From: Cycas panzhihuaensis
Lineage: Eukaryota > Plantae > Cycadophyta
Length of the DNA: 64,000 nucleotides
Direction: 5' to 3'
NCBI GenBank assembly: GCA_023213395.1
Contig: CM041465.1
Span: 73,601,741 to 73,665,740, forward strand
Shown here: piece after piece, positions 37,225 to 50,514 of the stretch
Position numbering within the stretch: position 1 is the stretch's first letter
Layout of the letters: every line of letters starts with the position of its first letter
Program-made: the position numbers and the translations under genes
The notes under the pieces: generated by a model
What the model was told of the DNA's origin: nothing
Databases searched by the model: none
The model's input: the letters and a program-made list of their open reading frames with translations, nothing else

Positions 37225-40200
37225 ATGGCTCTACAGATGGTTGCAGCTAATACCATCAAATTGTTTGGTAGTAACAACTTGTTGGCTTGGAAGAAACAAG
37301 TCAAGAATATACTTGTAATGAACAAATTGTGGACTTATGTTTCTAGTACTACACATAAACCAGTACCCACTCAAGATTTTAATGATCCCACCGTCATTAT
37401 ACCAGTTGATCCTATTGCCCTTGTCACATTTAATGAATATGATGAAGTCGCACTTTCCTTCTTACATCTCTCTTGTGAAGAAAATGTTGACCAAAACATT
37501 GAAACAACTTTCACCTCTACTAAAGCATGGAACATAATTTGCTCCTTGTATAAGAGAAGGCAATGCACAAGTTGTCATGCTTAAGGCCCAATTGTATTCC
37601 ATTCCTTATGCCGGATATGTTGAAGCCCATTTGACCCAAGTTAAAGCATTAAGGAACCAATTAGCCACTCTTGGTCAATCACTTGCAAACAGTGATCTGG
37701 TGTCATCCATTGTCAATGTATTGCCTGCTGGCTTTAACTTCCTTATTTTAACCTATCCCATTCCAATCATCTTGCCACATTGGACTTCAATACCTTTGAG
37801 GGACTTCTGCTGTAAAAGGAGTGTATCTTAAACAGACTTGGAAATCCTAGTTCTTCCTCATTGACCCCTACTTTAGCTACACGTCACAAAGGAAAACAAC
37901 AGAGACCAAATCTAAACCGACAGTTCGGGTCAATGAATTTAAACCAACAACAACCACATCAACAACATACAAATCAAATAGTTTATCATTGTTGTGGTAA
38001 ACTTGGCCACACAACACCAAAATGAAAGAAAAAGAGGGCCAACTAGCAACAACAACAACAATAGAAGAATTGCCATGCAAATCGAGGCAATCCTAACCAT
38101 GGCCACAACAACTTCCAAGGAAATAGAAGACCGAACCAGAATGCCCAAAACACCAATCAAGGCTATGTACAAAATCATAACCGCAACTACAGAAGGAATC
38201 AGAATTAAGGAGGCCACATGGATGATTCCCAGAATTTGTTCTATGTTGCTTCTGCAACACACACCATTGATAAATCCTAGTTGATAGATTCTAGAGCCTC
38301 TTGACACATGATCGGTTCTAAAGATTTGCTCACAAACATCGTCCTAGTGAAGAATCAAATAGTGACATTCAACGATGATGCAGTACTTAAGATTGCCAAG
38401 ATGGGAATGCTCCCATTTCATTGACAAATTTAGACATCAAACATCATCTAAACAATGTCCTCTATGTATCTAGGGTGACAAGAAATTTGTTATCTGTCAA
38501 TCAGATTAATAAGCAAAAGTTCGATATTCTCTTTAGCCACCTTGGTAAATGCCTTATCGGTGATGTCAATGGCAATGTGATTGCAATCGGCTATAAGGAT
38601 CATGGACTTTACAAGCTAGATGCCACATCAACACCTATATTTTTGTAGGAGGATACTGGCACTTGTAGTAATTATGCTTCAGCTGCTGAAAAACAACCTG
38701 CACCTATTAGTCAGTCACTTCCCAAAGATCAGTTATGGCATCGACGCCTCTGTCATCTGAATATGAGTAGCCTTGAATTGCTATTCAAACTAAACATGGT
38801 GCATAGTCTACTAAAAATTAATTAGACTAAATGTTTTTGTGAATCTTGCATTGTGGGAAAGCATCATAGAGCACCCATCAAATCCAATGGCAAAGTTTGC
38901 TGTGCTCATGAACCATTAGGCCTTGTTCATTCAGACATTTGTGGACCCATATCACAAGAATCAATTAATGGTTACTGTTTTTTCATTACCTTTATTGATG
39001 ATTTTTCCCGCAAGGTCTAGGTCTACTTCCCAAATTAGAAATCAGAAGCTTTTGAAAAATTTAAAGAATTTAAAACTAGAGCTGAACTAGAATCTGACAT
39101 GCCACTCAAAATCCTTCATTGTGACAATGGCAGTAAATATACCTCGAAAGAATTCACCAAATTTTACAAGGATAATGGCATCAAATGGCAGTTCACTGCC
39201 CCCTATACTCCTCAACAAAATGGAGTTGCTCAGAGGATGAACTGGACCTTGGTCAGTAAAGGCAAGGCCATGTTTTCCACCAAAAATCTTGGACTTCGTT
39301 TCTAGGCCAAAGCAATCAACACTGCTGCATATCTCACCAACATGAGTCCAACCAAGGTAGTTAAGGATATCACACCAAGGGGGCTTGGTTAGGTCAAAAG
39401 CCTGCAGTCTCACATTTATGGGCTTTTGGATGCACAATATATATACACATTCCAAAAGAACAAAGGAAGAAATTGGATGACAATGCCTGGATGCAAAGCT
39501 TATAAACTATATGATCCTGCTACATGGCAAATGCACACATCTCAGGATGTCATTTTTTCTAAATAGAATTAGGACTTGGATACACAACAAATTTCATTCC
39601 CTACTGATGATTCTGCAACAACTATTGGTCCTCCTCCAACCATTGAAAATGTTCCTGCAGTAACTGTGGTCTAATCAACTCCATCCACATCATATTCACC
39701 CAGTGCTTCATCTGCACTAAGTCCATCTACTTCTCAATTCCTCCATAAGAGTTTCAAGTAGAGGTCACCTCCAAACAATTACCAAAATGGTATTTGCAAA
39801 TAATTGCTTCTGCTCCATCGCCTCCTCAAGCATCGAATAGGCAATCAAAATATAGACAATCCACCAATTTTGCTCTAATGGCACAGGTGTTATCTGCTCT
39901 AGAATCTTCCACTTTTGAGTAGCAAGTCATAGACCAAAAGTGGCAGGTTGCAATGAATGAGGAAATAGACTCTATTATTCAAAATGATACTTGGGAGTTT
40001 GTTGAGTTGTTGGAAGGAAAGAAGGCAATCGATTGTTGTTGGCTCTATAAGACTAAATTTCATGCAGACGGCTCTATTCAGCGCCACAAAGCTCGCTTGG
40101 TAGCCAAAGGTTTCAAATAGATTAAGAGCATTGACTATGATAAAACATTTGCCCCAGTTGCCCACATGACATCTGTACATCTTGTTTTGGCACTCATAGC

Positions 40201-41400
40201 TCAACAGCAATGGCATGTTTACTAGATGGATGTTAGAAGCGCCTTCTTGAATGGTGATTTACAAGAAGTGTATTTGAGGCAACCTCTTAACTATGTTATT
40301 GAAGAAGGCTCTATATGGCCTCAAGCAATCACTTTGAGCATGGTATGCAAAGATCAATAAATATTTTTTGAAGCATAGACTCATTTGCTCATCTTTAGAT
40401 CCCAACTTATACATCAAGATCCAAGACAACTTGATTACTCTGGTCGTCCTTTATGCTGATGATTTGTTGATTACAAGCAACAACACAGAGTGGATTGCAT
40501 ATCTCCAAGGGGAATTCAATAGCATCGTTGAGATGACTGACCTTAGGTTGCTATATTATTTTCTTGGCATGGAGGTCTAGCAACAACTAGGCTACATCAT
40601 CCTTTCACAATCCAAATATACAAAGGAGATATTACAGAGATTTAGGATGGAGGATTGTAAGCCTTCACCAACCCCTATGGAGAGTGGACTCAAGTTGGAC
40701 ATTGATGAGCATGGTAAACCTATCGATCCCACCTTGTACAGACAACTTGTGGGGAGTCTGATCTACTTGACTCATACTCACCTAGACATATCGTATGCAA
40801 TTGGGATTTGCTCCAAGTTTATGACACATCCCAAGGTTTCACATTGGAATGCAGCCAAGCGAATTTTGAGGTACCTTTGTAGATCATTGCAATTTGGCAT
40901 TGACTACTGTCAGGTGGATAGTCCTTCTTTGGCAAGCTACACAGATGCAAATTGGGTTGGATGTTGAGATAGCAGAAGATCAACTTTAGGATATTCTTTC
41001 AACATGGGTTTAATAATTGTTTCTTGGAGTTGTAAGAAGCAACTGAATGTTACCTTGTCATCCATGGAAACAGGGTATAAAGCTACGGTCAGTGAAACTG
41101 TAGAAGCTATCTTGTTCAAAAGGATTCTTGCCGAGTTGGGCTTGAACAGATACAAGCCACTCCACTCCTCTGTGACAACCAAAGTGTCTTGAAGATGATA
41201 AAGAACCTACTTTTCCATGCAAGGACAAAGCATATCAAGGTGCACCATCACTTTATCAGAGAGCATGTTTAAGATGGTGAGATAGACCTTGTTTACATAC
41301 CAACCTACAAACAAGTTGCAAACATCTTCATCAAAGCACTTAGCAGAGACTAACTTGAGCACTTTTGGCATCATCTCAATGTTTGAATTAATGAACTCGC
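37225..41400 (+). pseudogene. gag-pol: Copia gag-pol of H, heavily disrupted, with an N/Q-rich Gag C-terminus
   Basis: KLFGSNNLLAWKK, HSDICGP, YTPQQNGVAQRMN, LYADDLL, YRQLVGSLIYL, YTDANWVG. Confidence 0.95.
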
Positions 41401-41886
41401 CATTAAGGGAAGGTGATAGAATTAATGATTTATTCATTAATTCATCTTGATGCACTTTCTAATTGTAATGTAAATGTAAGTCACTCTAGTAACATAAAGT
41501 TATAAAGTAAAAATGTACCTTAAGTTGTAACTTGAAGTTGTGAATTCTAGTTGAGGGGCTAAAAGCCCACTTTCACCAATGTGAGCATGAGTGACACTTG
41601 GTCACCATGCAAACAATCTCTTATGCATGTGCAACACTTGTCCACGATGCATGACCTTGTACTTTCTATATATTGAGCAACTCTCTTGGCAATTGTACAC
41701 ACTGGATTATTGAGAGGGTTTATGCTGTGTCAGCTTTGTTTATGCTAATGAAAGGTTGTTTTGGGATTTGAACATAATTTCTACCCCTCCAAGTTTTCAT
41801 GCTTTGATCATGCTAACATGATTGTGGCTATCTGCTTTTAATGATATAGATCCTAGTAGTGAAAATAGCTAATATGTTTTCTCTCA

Positions 41887-42200
41887 AATGCCTCCTTGAA
41901 ATTGGATCCTTGCAATTTGGCTCTAATACCAAATGTCAGTAACTCATCACAATTGAAATGCAAAAAATGATAGAAATGTCAAGTAAAATTGGTTTGCTTT
42001 CAAAAAATAATTTCATTCATTAAGAATGCTCCATGCTATGCATAGGCCATTATACTCATACATACAGAATGGGATCGGTAACAGTCCATAATTGACCTGT
42101 AACCATCGTGACACTTGTCATCATATTTAATGAAAACCCTACAAGTCACTAAATTTTCTATTGACTCATCGCTAAACTATTAGAACCCACAATGTAGACA
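41887..42200 (-). mobile_element. Element I: 5' LTR (41934-42200) and PBS of a minus-strand element whose leader was interrupted by H and presumably continues left of 35336
   Basis: GCTCTAATACCA at 41920-41931 next to TGTCAG...TAGACA. Confidence 0.65.
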
Positions 42201-42715
42201 TTAATTTTGGCAAATATGCCATACGTTATTGAACTATTATTTTTGTTGTTGTTGATCATTATATGATGTTGTATCACCATCTATTGTAGAGTTATTATTG
42301 GATATTTGTTATTATGTATTGTTTACCTACTAATATTCTATCAAACTGGATCTTGGATTTGTTGCATTTGTCTTCATGGTGCTCTATCATGGCAGGACAA
42401 TCGATGTTCTCCCTTATTTGAATTTATGAAACATCAACTCTATTTTCTTCTAGCTTTGTTTAGGCTTCAACATGCAAGTTTTCAAACTTTGTGGGTTGGG
42501 CTTTGTTGGGGCTTCGACTCTTCTCGATGAACTGCATTTAGTAGTTTCATAGCTAGGGCATCATCAAAACAGGTCTGATACTAGTTGATATGAATTTCCA
42601 ATGAGTACAATGGGAAAAATCAGAAGATGCAGAAGCTCGAAGGAGGAATTCACACCAAACAAATGATATACATCAAAGTTTCTTCAAGAGGGCTCATACG
42701 AATGAATACCTTAAA

Positions 42716-42753
42716 ATATATCTATCTATCTATCTATCTATCTATATATATAT
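42716..42753. repeat. (TCTA)n(TA)n microsatellite
   Basis: Seen directly. Confidence 0.9.
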
Positions 42754-44114
42754 AAAATCTCATGACAATGAAAAAGAAGAAGAGCGCACTAATTTGAATG
42801 TACAAGTAGAGGAAGGAGTACACTTATTTGCAAAAGGCTCCTCAAAAAAACGCTAATGCTAAATATAGCCTTAATGAATAATTAGATAGACCTATAGTCA
42901 TTAACTTAGGTGGGGAAATTCTAAAGGGAATTTGCACCTCAAAATATAGATAATATCAAAAAACTAATCTATTTTATAGATAATTACACTAATAACCATG
43001 CAATTGAAAGTAATAAAAGCTAATATTGAAGTGAAAAGTATAATATCCATGTTAAAGTTAATGTTTTATCGTAGGATCTTCTTAACTAAGTCTCTCAACC
43101 TTCTCCTTCCTTAAGAGTTGTGTATCACAGCCTTGTCCTATAAGGTGTTGACATGTGGCATTCTTTCTTGGGCCACTTTTGTTCTCATGATGTATAAATA
43201 CGTAAGAGGATTCACCCAAGAACATATTGCTCATTTGGATTTATGTTCTGTTGTTTATCAAGTTATTCACTGTTCTTGAACAATTCTTCATGGTATCAGA
43301 GCAAGCTTAAAGGGACCAAGTTTTGGAGGCTTCAACGTGCTATGCTCTTGGAATTGAAAGAGACTGGATGGACCGCTCAGTGGAGGCTTCATAAGACTAT
43401 TATCGAAGTGTATGGATAATCATACTAAATGGTACAACAATGTACAGAAATCCAAAGTCAAAGTTCTCAAATTGAAGTGAAATTTTCATAGATTAGGCAC
43501 CTCAGCCCAAGGATAATTTTTCTTCAAAGAAGTGATAGTAGACTCAGACTTCTTTGTAGGAAATTGCAAAAACTCTTAGGCACGAGTGTAGAGATTATTC
43601 TGCTCTTTTCTCTACAATGGCTCAATCATTCTTTGTAGAACTAATTTCATTCTCTTCTTTTCTGTCTAAGCTTTCCATCAAGTATAAGCTTGTTGCATTT
43701 TGTTTTGTTTTTTGAAAGATATTTGTGTGTTTCAATTTCAAACCCTAGCCGCCCACTGGAAATTTTGAGACAATTTTCTCCTTGTTCACACCTTAAATTG
43801 AAAAGCCATCTGCAGAATCAAATAGGTGATCTAAAATCTTCATTTTGAGACATTTTTCATTTTTCTTCTACTTGTTGGGTTTATCGTATAGTTGTACGAT
43901 CGTATAGATCCGTGCAATTTTTTGTAGACCAAAGTTTTTCTTAATTGTTTAAAATGGCCTCCAATTATTTTCTAGCAAAATTTGATAAGTTAATGGGGCC
44001 AAGCTACTCTACTAGGAAGATTGAAATGAAAAGTATTCTAATTGCCAAGAATGCTTGGAAGATCACTGAAGGAACAAAAATAAATCCTGGAGGGCCTGAT
44101 GTAGTGAAGTAGGC

Positions 44115-47100
44115 TGTTAGAATATAATATTTAATGTTGTGTGAGTCTTAGGGTCAATAGTCTCAAGTATTAGAGGGTAAGAGTCATTTGTCATTATAAC
44201 ATTATTGGTTAAGGTAGTAGTGTAATGTCATTAGTTAGAGTAAAGGTAATAGTCCCACATGCATTAGATCTATAGTGTGGTCTCCCACCTACTTAGTATA
44301 TACAAGTGGTTGAGGTGGTACATGACATACAAGTTATCATGGAGATTCATATAGAGTCCCTGGTATAGTTGGTGTTCTGATGTAATCTGTTGATGCTAAG
44401 TTAATTCATTGTGGTCCTTGTCCATTGATATTGATGGGTGTTTGTTGATGAATGCTTTCCATGTTATTCTTAACATGGTATCAAAGCAGATTGGTTGTTG
44501 AAGCTATTGTTATGCAGGTCCGCCATCTCTTTGATAAGAGAGGAACACAACTCCGTTAGATTGGCTGCCAGATTGAAGAGTTGAATTAAGGAAGTGAAGT
44601 TCCAGCCCTTCCTGCTAAAGAAGAAGGTCAAGTGTGGAGGTGGCTCCGTCTGGCGCCAGTTGTGATTACACTTGAAGAAGGTGAAACCCTAACAACATCA
44701 GAATATTATCGGGTAATACTGTTCACCTTTTGGCTTTATCTTATAAAGAAGTTGGTATACAGTTAAACTTACTGAGGTGAATTTATTGGAAGCTGAGGTC
44801 TGCATGCATGGAGAAGTAATGACCTTGATTGATGATGATAGTATCCATGAAAACACCTGATTATGGTTTGTATTTAGAACAGTTGAAAGGACTTTGTTAA
44901 ATACCTTGAGTTTTTTGGAGAAAACCTACCTTAAATAGAGTTTGCATGTAGTTACCGAACTCTGGAAATCTGTGTGTGAGCCACCAATTAAGAAATCATC
45001 AGTCAGACCAGCCAGGTGTGAGTAATCTACAGGATATCCACCCAAGTGGCCACGAAGAAATGCCCACTAGTGTGATGACAGTGAACATGGAAATGTGAAG
45101 ACAGGGATGTGTAGGTACATAGCGATCAAGGAAATCAAGAATACCAAGTGCTGATCATTCAGGGCCAACACTGTAATCTGCTTGGAGTCACAATAATTGG
45201 CAATGGTATCTGTGTTCTTCATTCTCCCTCTATTTCCGCCTCTTCCGAAAAAAAAATGATGGTATTATTACTTGTGGGCGTTGGTTTGGACTAATAAGAG
45301 GTCAGAGGCAATGTGTAGTTCCATTCCCAAGCGTGTCGAATCAAGCCAAAACTGAATTTGTTTTGGAATTAACATAGCTGACTACCTGAGTACTCATGGA
45401 ATGAATGACAGCCCTGACAGAATTACAAACAACAGTCTGATTCAACTGTTCTAAGCCACTGTACACTTTCGTTTACAGGCAGAGGGGCAAATATCAGAGC
45501 TAAGAACACATAATGTGAAGGATTCTCCCCTTGACAAAGATTTCTTGCCAGAACTATTGCTGTGCCTTTGTTGTTATTGTATGTGACATTTTGACTTGCA
45601 CAGTACCTGTCTGACTTTGATATGGTTGAGAGGCAACACAGTAGTATTGATCAATAATAATGGAAATGATATGCTTTGCATAAGCAGACACACCCTGCCT
45701 TGTCTTGATTTTGACTCTGTTACTTGTGTTATAAATATCCACATCGTCATCAAGGCTCATGCTGAGTCTTTGGTATCCTTGTTAATATTTGTGTACTCTT
45801 CACGATGACGCAGACAGTGCATGATCTCCAGTAATGCTAATATTTCTTAAGGGCAGATTCAAGTGGAGATACCAATCTGTTCGGAGTGCATAGATTTGAA
45901 TAGGCGGACAAGCGTAATAGCAAAGTTGATCTGTGAGCAGCGGGAGAGAATGGAATGCAGTGACCAGCTTTTGTTGAGGAGAAAGACCATTCCCTGGTAT
46001 TACTAGAGTTACTCTTAGACAACTTCCTCCTTCTGGAAGGGGTGTAGTTTCATAAATGATGGAATAAGAAGATGCAGGGCCTCTGATCTTCACGGTTTAG
46101 CTCTGTGCAATTTTAAACCTTTTTAATGTGGTGGTTGTTGGTTGATGAGAGAAATAGATCCCCTTGGACTAGTGTATGACTGCTATATTTGAAACGAGAT
46201 CTCTCCATATGGAACAGCTGGAGGTAATCTTGGAGGTCTAGGTGAAATACCAGTGAGTAGAACAACTGGTAGTGTTCTGTCTTGTTTTCGATGATTCTAT
46301 AGGCCAAACGTTGGGAATTAGAAGTTTGTTGATAGTCTTCCAACAGACTGTATACAGAGAAACTCTCGTTGCAGCAGAATAGATCCAAGCAAGGTGTAAT
46401 ACTTTTAGTAAGACAGGACCAAAGCGTCATTAGTCTTGGAAGGAGGCACTCACTCAACAAAAAAAAAGGGGGACCATCGAGAAGGTAAGTGCCATGCAAT
46501 ACCAATTCAGAGTGAAGGAAAAATAACATGTTTTTTCTGTGTTATTTGTAATCTATGAACAGTGGTAAAGAACAAATGAATGAGCAGGTTGCTGCTAACT
46601 GACAAGGTACTTGAATTGCTGTTGTTAAATGCTCCAAAAGTTGCTGAAACACTATCCATAAATTCTGAGAGTTATAGTTGTGATTGATTTATTCACACAT
46701 CATGGAGTTAAGTGACGTCATAGTTTTTATACCTGAAAAAAAAGAATATTGGCTATCAGATCTCCCTTTTCCTCTGCCCAAATATATTGGAACTAATTTT
46801 CGTTTTTGGAGAATCAAGATGGAGAGCATATTCGTGCTAAAGAAACTTTGGAAAACAGTTATGGGTACTGAAATGGCTCATGAATAAGGGGAGGAAACCT
46901 TCAAAACGAAAACCAGAATTGTCATTGACGTAATACTTGCAGCCTTTGATGAGGGTAACCTTCCTTCTTCCTATCACTTCATTGTCCAGGTTCTACAAAA
47001 TACCGACTTAGGCGGGACGCCTTGAAACCGGCGAAGTGCATGAAAAAGGACCTGAATAAGTGCAGCGGAGTATCAAAAGGGCAAAGAATCAAAGGAAGAA

Positions 47101-48484
47101 GTTGAAGAGGAAAGAAAAAAGGGAAAAGCAGAATGACAAAGTCTTAACTCCATCAAATACCCCAAGTCTTATCAAAGAACCGGCTTTGGAGGTTGAAAAT
47201 TCCAAATATCAATCTTTACCGGCAATAGTCCATGGAAACACAAGTAGCTTAACAAAAGGTATGGACAATATCATCCTGGTTTGTATCAACAAATTTACGA
47301 CTAGGATTCAAATGGCGTCAGGATACACATTGATATGCATGTGGTGGAGACTTTCCATAATATCTCTCAATTCAACCTCTATGTTCATCTTTGAGAGAAT
47401 CCAAATTATGACAGCATATCTTACAAGGTCACTAGAAGGTTCTTCCAAAGAAAGAAGAAACATAGGAAGAATATCATATAATCGAAACCTTGTGCATCAA
47501 GATCATTGCAAGTTTTTGATAGGCTTCTTGACCTTGAAGCCCAATCATATCAAAGTAATGTTTCACATTTGTGTAGCAGTAACAGGGAAATACATGCATA
47601 TGACCATAATGAAGGCTCTCATCATTCTTGGCATAACGGATTCCCTGGATAACATAAGAGGAACAAAGTATCTTGTTTTTGAACAAGGGAAATTCAGAAA
47701 TGGATCCTTATTGCTCATTCCCTTTCAAGGTAGTGATCAATGGATTGTAAAGTCAGTCATTTTAGTAGGTTTGGAAATAGACAAGGAGAAGTCAATTTAC
47801 TTCATATTCATTCCAGGACATCCATACCTCTCCCAGAAGTACACAGGAAGATTCATCAAACAGGAAACAGAACATAGCATAGCAAACAAGACATACACGT
47901 TTTGCAGTACATTAGATGAAGACAAAGCTCAAGACATCATCATCAGAAAGATTCCAAGACTCAAGAGATGGAAGTTCAAGCATCACTTCAAAGACAAGCC
48001 AAGTCAAGTCCTATGTCAGTTTTGTCATGTTTCTATAGTTTCAAACTCAAGTCAAGTCCTATGTCAATGTGTGTCAGTCATGTCAAATTGTTCTTAGTTC
48101 AAACATTAAACATTAAGGGGAGGTGTTATAATATAATATTTAATGTTGTGTGAGTCTTAGGGTCAATAGTATCAAGTATTAGAGGGTAAGAGTCATTTGT
48201 CATTATAACATTATTGGTTAAGTTAGTAATGTAATGTCACTAGTTAGAGTAAAGGTAATAGTCCCACATGCATTAGATCTATAGTGTGATCTCCCACCTA
48301 CTTAGCATATAAAAGTGGTTGAGGTGGTATATGACATACAAGTTATCATGGAGACTCATATAGAGTCCCTGATATAGTTGGTGTTCTGATGTAATCTATT
48401 GATGTTAAGTTAATTCATTGTGGTCCTTGTCCATTGATATTGATGGGTGTTTGTTGATGAATGCTTTCCATGTTATTCTTAACA
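44115..48484 (+). mobile_element. Element B: complete pol-less copia-derived LTR element, 361-bp LTRs (44115-44475, 48124-48484), TSD TAGGC
   Basis: LTRs differ at ~13 positions. PBS at 44476-44487, PPT AAGGGGAGG at 48115-48123. TSD at 44110-44114 and 48485-48489. Confidence 0.97.
46702..48120 (+). pseudogene. Gag-N-terminus fusion protein of unknown function (element B), lightly disrupted
   Basis: MELSDVIVF..LPFPLPKYIGTNFRFWRIKMESIF, followed by the 345-aa ORF 47060-48097 homologous to A. Confidence 0.78.
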
Positions 48485-49711
48485 TAGGCAAGTTGGGAGG
48501 ACATAGATAAGCATGCCTTAGCATGCATCACCCTTTTTGTTGCAGATTCCTTGTTGACACACATCAGTGAAGCTTCCACTACTACAAAAGCTTGGATAAC
48601 TTTAGCTTCTATTTATCATCAAAGGAATGAGGCTAGAATAATTTCCTTAAGAGAACAATTGTATCATATATAGATGAAAGAAGGAGAGCCAATTTCTCAA
48701 TTCATCACGAAGATAGTGGACATCAAAGAAAGCCTTAGTTCTACTAGAGAGCCTATTTCAAACACTAAATTAGTGTGGATAGTCCTCAATAAATTTCCAA
48801 AGTCTTTGGACAATTTAGTCAATACCTTCACCACTAGATAACGAGTTGCAAACATGATTTTGGTACGTTGTGAGGACATCTGCTTCAACAAAAACAGAGA
48901 ATTAAGAGATATGAAGATGAAGATGAAGATGAACTTGGAGAAGCCTTCATGTCCAAATTAAGGATCAGGGGCAAAGGACAAATCAGAAGTTGCTCAAGAG
49001 GAAGGTGAAGGCCTACAAAAGGCAAATTTGAAGATTCTAGATCTTGTCACTATTGTGGGAGACTAGGACATTTTACTAAAGAATGTAGTTAGAGGAGATC
49101 TGACAATTCTTGAGGTAAACAAGTGGCAAAGAATTACAACGAGCAACAAATAGAAAAAGAAGAAGAAGGAATAGCCTTTATTATTGCCCTTGCTTCTAGT
49201 ATTTGATTTAGAACCTCACATCATATGAGAGCTAGAAAAAATTGGTTTGAGACTCTTGGATCTCATCTCCTCAGCGATTCAGTTGAGATAGAGGATGATT
49301 CTGCTCTTAGCATTGAAGGAGAAGGTAACATTACAGTTAAAATAAAGAAGATTGGCAATGTTCTACTTATACCAGGGCTGAAGAAGAACCTCCTATCTAT
49401 ATCCCAATTGACAAAAAATAAGAAGTTGCATATAATCTTTGATGATGACAAATGTTACATTTGTGACAAACATCAAAATAATCTCGTAATTGCAGAAGGT
49501 GTAGAGTTCAACAAGTTGTATAAGTTAGTCTCTACTCCGATGACTCAGTCCCTTATTGTAAATAACATTCAATCTCTTGTTGTCAACCATATTAATAATA
49601 AAATGTAGCATTCTCGATATGGACACATTGAAATGATAGATTAGAAAAATTTTAAAAATTGAATATGGTCATTGGGTTGCCTAATATCCCACTAGAAACA
49701 GAGGTTTGTGA

Positions 49712-50514
49712 AGGATGCATTGTTCATGTTAATATTTATTTATGGATCATAACTTAGGTTATGAGTCTCCCCTTAAAGTTTTGTATATTATTAGATTTTA
49801 GGATTATTAAATTGTAATGTGAGGGATGAGTCATCAGGAGGTTACAACTCTCACATCACGTGTCACATAAGTAGGAATTAGATTCCATTTGAAATTTGTA
49901 TATATGCACATGTTGTGCATTGTTGAATTTTGATGAGAGATAATTTTACTTTGAGAGTTCATCAATAATGTGAATTTAATGTTCATGTTAGTTCAATAGT
50001 TAATCCTATGAAATTAGATCTTCATTCCTGTTAGATGTTACATTTAATAGATAACATGGTATCAAAATTAGTTTGTTAGTGTTGTTTAAATGTTGTAGTA
50101 CTGTATAGGGGGGAGGATGCATTGTTCATGTTAATGTTTATTTATAGCTCATAACTTAGGTTATGAGCCTCCCCTTAAAGTTTTGTATATTATTAGATTT
50201 TAGGATTATTAAATTATAATATGAGCGATGAGTCATCAAGAGGTTACAACTTTCACATCATATGTCACATAGGTAGGAATTAGATTCTATTTGAAATTTG
50301 TATATATGCACATGTTGTGCATTGTTGAATTTTGATGAGAAATGATTTTACTTTGAGATTTCATCAATAATGTGAATTTAAAGTTCATGTTAGTTTGATA
50401 GTTAATCCTATGAAATTAGGTCTTCATTCCTGTTAGATGTTACATTTAATAGATAACATGGTATCAAAGTTAGTTTCTTAGTGTTGTTTAAATGTTGTAC
50501 TACTGTATAGGGGG
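49712..50514 (+). repeat. 402-bp tandem duplication covering the 5' LTR and PBS of element K (LTR copies 49721-50056 and 50123-50458)
   Basis: Both copies are preceded by AGGATGCAT and followed by TGGTATCAAA..CTGTATAGGGGG. Confidence 0.93.

Larger units (their letters stand above)
35337..41886 (+). mobile_element. Element H: full-length decayed Ty1/copia, ~473-bp LTRs (35337-35810, 41414-41886), 1.4-kb leader
   Basis: Matching LTRs. PBS TGGCATCAGAAC at 35813-35824, PPT TAAGGGAAGG at 41404-41413. Imperfect TSD AATAT/AATGC. Confidence 0.95.
43050..49720 (+). mobile_element. Element J: Ty1/copia, 5' LTR 43050-43290, PBS 43291-43302, gag from 43954; interrupted by B and by K
   Basis: TG..CA then TGGTATCAGAGC. 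Gag resumes at 48490, protease region 49225-49608, ends at EVCEGC (49720). Confidence 0.9.

Noticed and set aside
49721-50458. TRIM element
   Set aside because: Host flank AGGATGCAT and the PBS are both duplicated and there is no TSD; it is a tandem duplication.
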